Below, piece by piece: positions 8,956 to 16,479 of a stretch of 64,000 nucleotides of DNA. Below the pieces are notes generated by a model. That model had not been told where the DNA came from and did not search any database. It saw nothing but the letters and a program-made list of their open reading frames with translations. A program made the position numbers and the translations under genes. The stretch comes from an uncultured Acidimicrobiaceae bacterium (GTDB taxonomy: Bacteria; Actinomycetota; Acidimicrobiia; Spongiisociales; UBA5794). The stretch spans positions 45,338-109,337 of the forward strand of contig CAZPAV010000002.1 of assembly GCA_964584755.1 (NCBI GenBank). The letters are read 5' to 3'. Position 1 is the stretch's first letter. Every line of letters starts with the position of its first letter.

Positions 8956-9150
8956 TCACGTCGCGTCCCCCTCGGGCGACTCCGCCTCCTCCACGAGCAT
9001 GACCGGGATGCCGTCCCGTACCGGGTACCGGAGCCCGCAGTCGCGGCAGCGAAGACCGTCGGGTCTCCTGACCTCGGTGAGCTCCCCTCCACAGTCCGGG
9101 CACTGCATGATCGCCAGGAGTGCGGGATCCACGAGATGTTCCGCCGTCAT
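8956..9150 (-). CDS. Trm112-family small zinc-ribbon protein (DUF343-like)
   Basis: 64 aa: MTAEHLVDPALLAIMQCPDCGGELTEV...GLRCRDCGLRYPVRDGIPVMLVEEAE matches the Trm112 pattern (CP.C...C..C, YPIRDGIPVML). Its ATG overlaps the manB TGA (ATGA). It is the only plausible part of the listed 537-aa ORF. Confidence 0.75.
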   Translation of the reverse strand: MTAEHLVDPALLAIMQCPDCGGELTEVRRPDGLRCRDCGLRYPVRDGIPVMLVEEAESPEGDAT

Positions 9151-10487
9151 CGTTCCTCCTCGATGATCTCCTCGACGGCCGCGACGAGCTCGGCGAGCGC
9201 GGCCGGGTCCGGCGCCTCGGCGTTCAGCCGGAGCACCGCCTCGGTGTTCGAGGGACGCAGGTTGCACCAGCGGTGCTCCCCGAGATCGATGGTGAGGCCG
9301 TCGAGCCGGTCGATCTGCGCCCCGGCGAAGCGCCGCTCCACCGCGGCGAGGACACGACCCTGGTCCGCCACACGGAAGTTCACCTCCCCCGACTGCACGT
9401 ACGGCTCGTAGCCGCGACGCAGCAGCGACAGCGGCTCCCCCGCCTCCGAGACGACCTGGAGCAGGACGAGCATGGCGAGGATCCCGGAGTCGGCCCGGTA
9501 GTTGTCCCGGAAGTAGTAGTGGCCCGAATGCTCCCCGCCGAACACCGCCCCGGTCTCCTTCATGATCTGCTTGATGAAGGAGTGCCCCACCCGGGTCCGG
9601 ACCGGCACCCCACCGGCGGCGCGAATCCGCTCGGGGACGGCCTGGGAGCAGATGAGATTGTGGACGACCGTCGCCCCGGGCTCGCGCCGCAGGAACCAGT
9701 CGGCGATGATCGCCGTCGTCGTGGAACCGGGCAGGGGACGGCGGGTGTCGTCGATGAAGAACGCCCGGTCGGCGTCCCCGTCGAAGGCGACCCCGAGGTC
9801 GGGACGCTCCCGCGCCATGAGCGCCTCGAGGTCGGCGAGATTCTCGGGACGCAGCGGATCCGCCGGGTGGTTGGGGAAACGCCCGTCGGGTTCGAGGTAC
9901 AGCCCGAGGAGCTCGGCGGGGATCCGCGCGAAGACGTCGGGGAGGACGAGCCCCGCCATGCCGTTCCCGCCGTCGGCGGCGACCCGCAGCGCCCCGATCG
10001 CCCCGGCGTCGACGATCCGGAAGAGATGCTCCAGGTACCCGGGTCGGGGATCGTGGGAGAGGACCGAGCCGGCGTGGCGCGAGTCGTCGGGAGGCTCCTC
10101 GGCGAGGGCGCGAACGGTCTCGAGGCCCGTGTCCCGCCCCACCGGGGCGGCTCCCGCCAGGCAGAACTTCATGCCGTTCCACTCGGGAGGGTTGTGTGAG
10201 GCGGTGACGACCACGCCGGGCAGGTTCCGCTCCCCGGACACGTAGTAGAGCATGTCGGTCGTGATCGGTCCGAGGGCGAGGACGTCGACGCCCCGGGAGG
10301 TGATGCCGGAGACGAGCGCCTCGGCCAGCTCCGGGGAGGAGCGACGGCAGTCGTGTCCCACCGCGACGAGCGGCGCCGCGGCGAACTCGGCGAAGGCGAC
10401 CCCGATGCGCCGGGCCCGTGCCGGGTCGAGCTCCTCGGGAACGACGCCGCGGACGTCGTAGGACTTGAAGATGCGGGAGAGGTCCAC
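9147..10487 (-). CDS. manB: Phosphomannomutase/phosphoglucomutase
   Basis: VDLSRIFKSYDVRG..., active-site TASHNPPEWNGMK, metal-binding FDGDADR, GEHSGHYYFRD. GTG start. Confidence 0.9.
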   Translation of the reverse strand: MDLSRIFKSYDVRGVVPEELDPARARRIGVAFAEFAAAPLVAVGHDCRRSSPELAEALVSGITSRGVDVLALGPITTDMLYYVSGERNLPGVVVTASHNPPEWNGMKFCLAGAAPVGRDTGLETVRALAEEPPDDSRHAGSVLSHDPRPGYLEHLFRIVDAGAIGALRVAADGGNGMAGLVLPDVFARIPAELLGLYLEPDGRFPNHPADPLRPENLADLEALMARERPDLGVAFDGDADRAFFIDDTRRPLPGSTTTAIIADWFLRREPGATVVHNLICSQAVPERIRAAGGVPVRTRVGHSFIKQIMKETGAVFGGEHSGHYYFRDNYRADSGILAMLVLLQVVSEAGEPLSLLRRGYEPYVQSGEVNFRVADQGRVLAAVERRFAGAQIDRLDGLTIDLGEHRWCNLRPSNTEAVLRLNAEAPDPAALAELVAAVEEIIEEER

Positions 10488-10556
10488 GCCACGAGTCTAC
10501 GGGAGGCCTCGCGCGACGCGGCGCACCGGGGGACCCGCCCCTACACTTCGTCGCCC

Positions 10557-11264
10557 ATGCCTCCGCCACGTCCCCCCACCTTCACGGTGGTGGTCCCCGT
10601 CCACAACGAAGCCGCCTACGTCGCCGACGCCCTCGAGGAGCTCCTCGCCGAGCTCACCGACGTCCCCGCGCCGGTGACCGTTCTCGTCGTCGAGAACGGC
10701 TCGACGGACGACACCGCCCGCATCGTCGCCGAGAAGGCGGCGGCCCACCCCACGCTCGGGCTCCTCACCCTCCCCGATCCCGACTACGGCGCCGCGATGC
10801 GGGCCGGGTTCCTCGCCGGGGACGGGGAGTGGTTGGTGAACTTCGACATCGACTACTTCTCCGGGGCGTTCCTCCGCGAGGTCCTCGCACACGCCGCCGA
10901 GGCCGACCTGGTGCTGGCGTCGAAAAGGGCCGCCGGGGCCGAGGACCGCCGCAGCCTCCTCCGGCGTCTGGCGACGTGGACGTTCAACAAGCTCCTCCGG
11001 TTCCTCCTCCACTCCCGGGTGACGGACACCCACGGGATGAAGGCCGTCCGGCGGGAGGTCGCCGCCGCGCTCGTGCCCCGCGTCCGCTCGACGCAGGACA
11101 TCTTCGACACCGAGCTCGTCCTCCTGGCGGAGCGGACCGGCCACCGCATCGTCGAGGTGCCGGCGATCGTCGAGGAGCGGCGCCCGGCTCGTTCCCGCCT
11201 CCTCCGTCGGGTCCCCCGGACCCTCCTCGGACTCTGGCGCCTCCGCCGGCGCCTCCGCGCCTAG
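10557..11264 (+). CDS. GT2-family glycosyltransferase (polyprenyl-phosphate sugar synthase-like, CsbB/Ppm1/GtrB type)
   Basis: MPPPRPPTFTVVVPVHNEAAYV...VLVVENGSTDDT...DIDYF matches the GT2 DXD fold. Start at the internal ATG (10557); the upstream 68 codons are an antisense-like extension. Confidence 0.8.
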   Translation: MPPPRPPTFTVVVPVHNEAAYVADALEELLAELTDVPAPVTVLVVENGSTDDTARIVAEKAAAHPTLGLLTLPDPDYGAAMRAGFLAGDGEWLVNFDIDYFSGAFLREVLAHAAEADLVLASKRAAGAEDRRSLLRRLATWTFNKLLRFLLHSRVTDTHGMKAVRREVAAALVPRVRSTQDIFDTELVLLAERTGHRIVEVPAIVEERRPARSRLLRRVPRTLLGLWRLRRRLRA

Positions 11265-11268
11265 CGGC

Positions 11269-11736
11269 TCACCCTCCCGGTGAGCGGACCCGCCCGCCGG
11301 CGCCGCGCAGCGCCTTCCCGAAGACGACGTCCCGGTACGACGCGAGCTTGGGGAGGAGGATGAGACCGGAGGCGACGAGGTAGGCGAGGTTGGCGCCGAG
11401 CTTGCCCAACGGTCCCCACAGGCTCTCGGCGAGCCAGACGATGCCCACCGTCCCCCCCCAGGCACCGACGTTCACGAGGTAGAAGCGGACCGTCTCGCCT
11501 CCCGACACCCGCCCGTCCTTGAGTCGGAACGTCCAGCGGCGGTTGAGGAGGTAGGACATGAAGGTGGTGAGGGCGAAGGCTCCGGTCACGGCCCAGGTCG
11601 GGGACCAACCGAGGCCGAACAGGAACAGGTTGAACAGAGCGAAGGAGACGACGGTGTTCGCCACCCCGACGATCCCCACCTTCACGAGCTGCACGAACGA
11701 CTCGCGGTTGAGGAAGGACCGGACGTACCGCTTCAT
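11269..11736 (-). CDS. GtrA-family membrane protein (polyprenyl-P-sugar flippase-like)
   Basis: 155 aa, MKRYVRSFLNRESFVQLVKVGIVGVANTVVSFALFNLFLFGLGW...LNRRWTF, four TM helices and GtrA signature. The rest of the listed 292-aa ORF is rejected. Confidence 0.75.
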   Translation of the reverse strand: MKRYVRSFLNRESFVQLVKVGIVGVANTVVSFALFNLFLFGLGWSPTWAVTGAFALTTFMSYLLNRRWTFRLKDGRVSGGETVRFYLVNVGAWGGTVGIVWLAESLWGPLGKLGANLAYLVASGLILLPKLASYRDVVFGKALRGAGGRVRSPGG

Positions 11737-13931
11737 CGCCGCCCCTCCCGCCGCCGGCGCAGGACCGCGAGGAGCAGGAGCGCGGCGAGCGTGGCGACCG
11801 TCACGACCATGCCGATGTCCTCGGCGTTCGTGTTCCCGAACTGAAGCTCGACGTGCCGCTGGGTGGGGACGACGACCATGAGGGACGGGGCCGCCCGGTA
11901 GGGCCCCTCCGCCCCGACCGCCTGCCAGTTGGGGAAGTACGAGACGGCGACGAGGTGCGGAACGCCGACGGCGGTCGTGTCGAACGCGATGCGGTGATCC
12001 TCCACCACGACGTTGCTCACCGCCGACGGGAGCGGGGGGTACGGCGCGGGATCCTCCAGCCGCTCGTCGACGGTGGACACCCGCGGCCAGGCGGCCGGTC
12101 CGTCGGCGACGAGCCACCGGTCGAGGTGGTCCACGTCGTCGTACCACTCGAGCGCCGCGGACACGAAGTCCTCGTCACCCGCCCAGACGGCGGGCCGGGA
12201 GGTGGCGACGGTCACCGGTCCGTCGTGCGGGAGGGCGAAGATCGTCCAGGGAGGGGCGCTGCCGATCTCCTCGAGACCCGCCGATCGGGCCGCCTCGGTG
12301 GCCCGATCCGTGTAGGAGATGTAGTAGGCGACGTCGTAGAGGCGGAGATGCGGCACCGCCCGGGCGAAGTCGAGGCCTCGATACCGCAGGCCGCGTACCG
12401 GGTTCGACGGCCGCTCGCTCACCTCCGCGGCGTTGAGGAAGTGGAACGGCGTCGTCAGGGACGACTCGAAGAACAGTCCCTCCATCGACGGGTGGCCCGG
12501 GCTCCAGTACGGGAGGAGCATGAGGGCCATGGGGGTCCCGTACTTGTTCATCTCGGAGTTCGCCTCCCACATGACGCGGCCGGGAGGGAGCCGGTCGACG
12601 GTCTCCATGAGCGCCTCGTACTCCGGCCACGCCGCCTTGCCCTCGTACCCCTCGTAGTTCCAGACGACCCACCCCGGCACGTCGTGGATCCCGACCGCGG
12701 TGGCGTTGAGCAGCAGGAGCGCCGCCACGACGGCCCCGGTGGTGGCGGCCACGCCGCGTCGCGGGAACCGCCGCGCCACCACGGTGACCGCCAACCCGAG
12801 GGCGATACCGGCGAAGAGGTACACGCCGTAGTACCAGTAGGGCAGCAGGCGGGCGTTGTAGAGGATCGTCACGCCCGCCATGGGGAGGAGGAAGTAGCCG
12901 AGGAGGGGCATCGCGGTCAGACCGAGGAGGGCCACGACGTCGTCCCGCCGCAGGAGCGTCCAGACGACGCCGACCGTGGCGAGGGCGAGGAGCGGAACGA
13001 GCTCCCCGGGGAGGGGGGACCCGGGGATGGCGTCCCCGACGACGTTCCGCACCGGCGACCATCCCATGTCGGTCGTCATCCCCTGGAGGACGCGCACCAC
13101 CAGCGGTACCGCCCAGAAGGCGGCGAGCCCGAATCCGAGCGCCCACGACCCGAGCACCGGACGGGATCCCCGGCGCCTGAGCAGCAGCGGCACCGAGACG
13201 ACGACCACCACGAGCGTCGTCACGACGTGGGCGAGCGCGGCGAGCGCGAGGAGCACCCCCGCCGCCGGCCGGAAACCCCGGCCGGCGCGGACGTCCCGGG
13301 CGAGGATCCCCAGGTAGAGGATCGAGAGGGCGAACGACCAGGAGAAGGAGTACTCGCCGGCGAGGGTGGACTTGATGTTCGCCCCGAAGATCGAGTAGCT
13401 CTCCATGAAGACGAACATCCCGCCGGCGACGGCGGCGACGGCCGACACGATCCGGGAGAAGCCGAGGCAGCGAACGAACACGTAGCTCGCCGCCGGGAGC
13501 GCCACGAGCCCGGCGATCGTCACGAGCTTGAAGGCCACCCCGTAGGGGAGGAACACGTCGAGCAGGACCGTGACGAGCGCCGGGAGGGGAAAGTAGAAGT
13601 ACAGGGCCGGGAAGCCGGCGTACCAGTCGTTGCTCCAGCCGAACAGCCTCCCGGACGGGAGGAGCTCGTCGCGCAGGATCTGGGGCAGGAGCACGTGGGC
13701 GCCCATGTCGCCCCCCGTTGGCGTGTTCGCGGTGAGCAGCGCCGGGAACCGGAAGAGGGGCGCTCCCGTACCGAGCACGCCGCCGAGCACCCCGGACATG
13801 ACGAGGAGGATCAGCAGGGTGGGGGCCAGGACGAGACCGACGACGAGTCCCCGCGGGAGCTCCCGGGAGACGGTCGGTTTCGTCGAGACCGGGGTCGCGG
13901 CGGCGGGCGGCGTGGCGGTCGACGTCGTCAC
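11733..13931 (-). CDS. Large polytopic membrane protein, putative GT-C fold glycosyltransferase (YfhO/ArnT-like)
   Basis: 732 aa; roughly the first 430 aa are TM-rich (GGDMGAHVLLPQ, FPALYFYFPLPAL), followed by a ~300-aa soluble C-terminal domain. Stop overlaps the GtrA start by 4 nt. The GT2 + GtrA + GT-C trio resembles CsbB/GtcA/YfhO-type three-component glycosylation systems. Confidence 0.65.
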   Translation of the reverse strand: MTTSTATPPAAATPVSTKPTVSRELPRGLVVGLVLAPTLLILLVMSGVLGGVLGTGAPLFRFPALLTANTPTGGDMGAHVLLPQILRDELLPSGRLFGWSNDWYAGFPALYFYFPLPALVTVLLDVFLPYGVAFKLVTIAGLVALPAASYVFVRCLGFSRIVSAVAAVAGGMFVFMESYSIFGANIKSTLAGEYSFSWSFALSILYLGILARDVRAGRGFRPAAGVLLALAALAHVVTTLVVVVVSVPLLLRRRGSRPVLGSWALGFGLAAFWAVPLVVRVLQGMTTDMGWSPVRNVVGDAIPGSPLPGELVPLLALATVGVVWTLLRRDDVVALLGLTAMPLLGYFLLPMAGVTILYNARLLPYWYYGVYLFAGIALGLAVTVVARRFPRRGVAATTGAVVAALLLLNATAVGIHDVPGWVVWNYEGYEGKAAWPEYEALMETVDRLPPGRVMWEANSEMNKYGTPMALMLLPYWSPGHPSMEGLFFESSLTTPFHFLNAAEVSERPSNPVRGLRYRGLDFARAVPHLRLYDVAYYISYTDRATEAARSAGLEEIGSAPPWTIFALPHDGPVTVATSRPAVWAGDEDFVSAALEWYDDVDHLDRWLVADGPAAWPRVSTVDERLEDPAPYPPLPSAVSNVVVEDHRIAFDTTAVGVPHLVAVSYFPNWQAVGAEGPYRAAPSLMVVVPTQRHVELQFGNTNAEDIGMVVTVATLAALLLLAVLRRRREGRR

Positions 13932-13965
13932 ACCGCCCAGGGTAGCGGGGGGACCCGCCTCCGCC

Positions 13966-14169
13966 TCAGGAACGCGACCGCCGGGCGAGCTCGAGGATCG
14001 CGTCGAGCTCGAGCGACTGGCCGTCCCGGTACCACCATCGGGACTCGCAGCGGTGACACGAGCGGAACTCGACCTCCGTCCCGTCGGGCAGTTTCAGCGC
14101 GATCTGGATGACCGAGGTCTCGCCGCACGTCTCGCAGCGAAGCCCCTCGGATCTGGGCTTCCTCCCCAT
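13966..14169 (-). CDS. Small hypothetical zinc-ribbon protein (CETCG...CHRC)
   Basis: 67 aa, non-low-complexity, two CxxC pairs (CETCG, CHRCES) with W/Y-rich core ESRWWYRDG. Conserved-looking actinobacterial small protein; function unknown. Confidence 0.5.
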   Translation of the reverse strand: MGRKPRSEGLRCETCGETSVIQIALKLPDGTEVEFRSCHRCESRWWYRDGQSLELDAILELARRSRS

Positions 14170-14243
14170 CCGACCTTCTCCTCCTCCTCAGGGGAACCCC
14201 ACCTTCCCGCCACATACCGTAGCGGAACGAGCACGGTTCGTGT

Positions 14244-14531
14244 TCACGTTTCCTCCAACGCCTCGGGGATGTCCTCGAGCTTCCCCAGGTAGCGAGAACG
14301 GCGGCGGCCGTCCTCCGTCCAGTACGCGTACCAGTAGGGACCATGCGGACACCGGGTACAGGTGGCCTTCCCGCACCGCACCATCTGACGGCGGAGCTTC
14401 ACCGCCGGTCCGGCACCCGGGAAGGGGTGGCCCGCCCGCTCGAGTCGGGCCTTCGCCAGGATGAGGAGCCGACGCAGCTCGTGCTCGTCCATCTCCCGGA
14501 CCGCGGCGAGGACGTCACGATCGATCGGCAC
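14244..14531 (-). CDS. Small hypothetical protein with Cys/His knuckle (RCGKATCTRCPHGPYWYAYW)
   Basis: 95 aa with an N-terminal helical region, then CGKATCTRCPHGPYWYAYW followed by RRRSRYLGK. I tentatively recall this pattern from a conserved actinobacterial/phage-associated DUF. Not a WhiB (wrong Cys count and spacing). Confidence 0.5.
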   Translation of the reverse strand: MPIDRDVLAAVREMDEHELRRLLILAKARLERAGHPFPGAGPAVKLRRQMVRCGKATCTRCPHGPYWYAYWTEDGRRRSRYLGKLEDIPEALEET

Positions 14532-14669
14532 GAGCGCGACCCCTCACGACGCCCACCGCCGGCACGTGGCGAGCCCGCCGGCCCGTCTCGCCGGAGGTCG
14601 GGGAACATCCGTGGCCGTCCTTCCCATGACCGACCAACCTAGGACGCCGCGGCGTCCACCCCAAGCATT

Positions 14670-15062
14670 TCACCGGACGCCCGGCCGTCCCGCCCGTCCC
14701 AAGGCGCGCCGGAGACCCCGCCGCGAGGGGACGCCGGCGAAGGTCCCGGTCGACCTCCCGTCGGGAGCGACGACGACCGTCAGCGGCACCGCCTCCACCC
14801 CGAGCCGGGCGAACACCGCGGCCTCGAGCTCCCAGGTGACCTCCCGGACGGGCACCCCCAGTTCCTCGAGCCGCGCCCGGGCCCGACCGCAGGTACCGCA
14901 GTCGGTGGAGGAGAAGAACACGATCCCGCCCTCGGGTTGCAGCTCGCCGGCGGCGACCGGCGGATGAACCGGACGTTGGAATCGCCGCGCCATCCCGGTG
15001 ACCGCCACCGCGGCGACGACCACGCCGGCGACGAGGAGGAGCCGCGCCACGAGCGGGGTCAC
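14670..15062 (-). CDS. Membrane-anchored thioredoxin/glutaredoxin-like protein (CGTC)
   Basis: N-terminal TM helix (LVARLLLVAGVVVAAVAV), then IVFFSSTDCGTCGRARARLEELGVP in a Trx-fold CxxC context. GTG start 10 nt after the upstream secreted-protein gene stop, with GAGGGA Shine-Dalgarno, so it is co-transcribed. Confidence 0.55.
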   Translation of the reverse strand: MTPLVARLLLVAGVVVAAVAVTGMARRFQRPVHPPVAAGELQPEGGIVFFSSTDCGTCGRARARLEELGVPVREVTWELEAAVFARLGVEAVPLTVVVAPDGRSTGTFAGVPSRRGLRRALGRAGRPGVR

Positions 15063-15072
15063 GATCGGTCCC

Positions 15073-16479
15073 TCATCCGGCCGCCACCCCCGCCACGAAG
15101 GCCACGCCCCGTGCGTCGACGAGGCTCACCGCCGCCGAGACCGGCCCGGTCGCCTCGATCGCGTACCCGGCGGCCTCCTCCTCCGGATCGACGCTCACCG
15201 CCAGGATGGACCCCGCGGCGACGACCACCTTCTCCGCCGGCCCCCCGACCCCCAGCGGCGTCAGCGTGGCGGTCACGTCCTCGGCTCCTGTATTGAGGAT
15301 CCACAGGGTGGTGTCCGCGCCCGAGAAGACGCCCGTTCCCGGCACGAGCCAGCGCGTGGCCGGTCGGGGCGCGCCCACCGTCCCCGCCAAGCCGACCGGC
15401 CCCGGGGGCACCGTCGTGGTCGGGGCCTCCGCCTCCGAGGCCGCGGCGTCGCTCGGGGGCGCCGCCAGCGCGTCGCCGGGCGACCGCGCCTCGACGACCG
15501 CGGAGAGCGGACCCGAGGCGCGCACCCGCACCCCGAACGGTCCGTCGGTGAAATCCCCGAGCACGATCTGCACAGGCATGCCGGCGGGCACGACGAAGCT
15601 CGTCACCGCGGGGATCGCGCCCTGGGGGGTGAAGAGATCCACGTCGACGGCCACGTCCTCAGACCCGGTGTTGAGGAGCTCCAGGGTCGCATCGAGCCCC
15701 GCCACCCGGGCGATGGGGAACTCCCACGTCGTCGCCGGAGCGACGCCGGGCCAGGACGCCTCGTCCGCCGCGTCGTCGACGACGAGCTCGGGGATGACGA
15801 GACCCTGATCGGTGGAGACCACGAACCCCAGATGATCCCGGAGCGGGAGGGGGGTCCCGAGATCGATCGTCGTCCAGCTCCGCCCCGGGACGTCGAGACC
15901 CTCGAGCTCGGGGAGCGGCTCGCTCCCGAACTCGGAGAAGGCCCGGACGGTGGCCTTCGCCGCCTCGGGGAAGGGATTGAAGAGGCGGATGCTGGTGAAG
16001 AAGCCGTCCGCGGTCGTGCCCCCGGGGAGCTGCCACTCCTTGGGGACCGCGGCCACACAACGGTCCCCGGTGACGACCGCGTCCGACCAGACGATCGCGG
16101 CCGCGGTGGCCGGTCCGTCGTCGAACTCGACGACCCCGGGAGCCTCGCCACGCCGGACGATCGTCGAGACGTCGAGGTCACGCGCCCCCGGACCGTCGAC
16201 GTGGACGGAGCCGGTGTCGGGTCCGGCGTTCGGGATCGGGCTCGGGAGCGTGACGCGGGCGTCGACGTCGACGAGGGCGGCGAGGCTCAGCACCGAGTCC
16301 CGTGTCGCCCCCGAGTCCACCCACGGGCAGTACCACGCGCCGCTCCTCCCCACCGCACCGTCGGGCTCCACGTGCGGGGCGGTCCCGAACCCGGGCGGAG
16401 GCGGGGCCGGTTGGGGTCGCGCCGTGACCGCCGCCGCCGCCAGCGCCCCCGAGAGGAGAAGGAGGAGGAACCGTCTCAT
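15073..16479 (-). CDS. Secreted protein with N-terminal signal peptide (provisionally DUF5719-like), C-terminally coupled to a large GT2
   Basis: 468 aa from MRRFLLLLLSGALAAAAVTARPQ (signal peptide). Beta-rich composition; conserved Cys pairs (WYCPW, GDRCVAAVP). Its ATG overlaps the TGA of the 937-aa GT2 (ATGA). The upstream ~660 codons of the listed 1131-aa ORF are an alternate-frame artefact. Confidence 0.7.
   Translation of the reverse strand: MRRFLLLLLSGALAAAAVTARPQPAPPPPGFGTAPHVEPDGAVGRSGAWYCPWVDSGATRDSVLSLAALVDVDARVTLPSPIPNAGPDTGSVHVDGPGARDLDVSTIVRRGEAPGVVEFDDGPATAAAIVWSDAVVTGDRCVAAVPKEWQLPGGTTADGFFTSIRLFNPFPEAAKATVRAFSEFGSEPLPELEGLDVPGRSWTTIDLGTPLPLRDHLGFVVSTDQGLVIPELVVDDAADEASWPGVAPATTWEFPIARVAGLDATLELLNTGSEDVAVDVDLFTPQGAIPAVTSFVVPAGMPVQIVLGDFTDGPFGVRVRASGPLSAVVEARSPGDALAAPPSDAAASEAEAPTTTVPPGPVGLAGTVGAPRPATRWLVPGTGVFSGADTTLWILNTGAEDVTATLTPLGVGGPAEKVVVAAGSILAVSVDPEEEAAGYAIEATGPVSAAVSLVDARGVAFVAGVAAG

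Noticed and set aside
8956-10569. 537-aa minus-strand ORF
   Set aside because: Only its last 64 codons (the Trm112-like protein) are plausible. The rest is an alternate frame over manB, whose real frame is 9147-10487.
11853-14111. 752-aa plus-strand ORF
   Set aside because: Antisense to the GT-C-like membrane protein and the small Cys proteins; Asp/Glu/Arg/Gly-rich low complexity.
13966-14531. Expectation of a WhiB2 homolog here (from mycobacterial pmmA-whiB2-fbiA synteny)
   Set aside because: Neither small protein has four Cys in the WhiB C-Xn-C-X2-C-X5-C arrangement; they are called as unrelated zinc-ribbon-like proteins.
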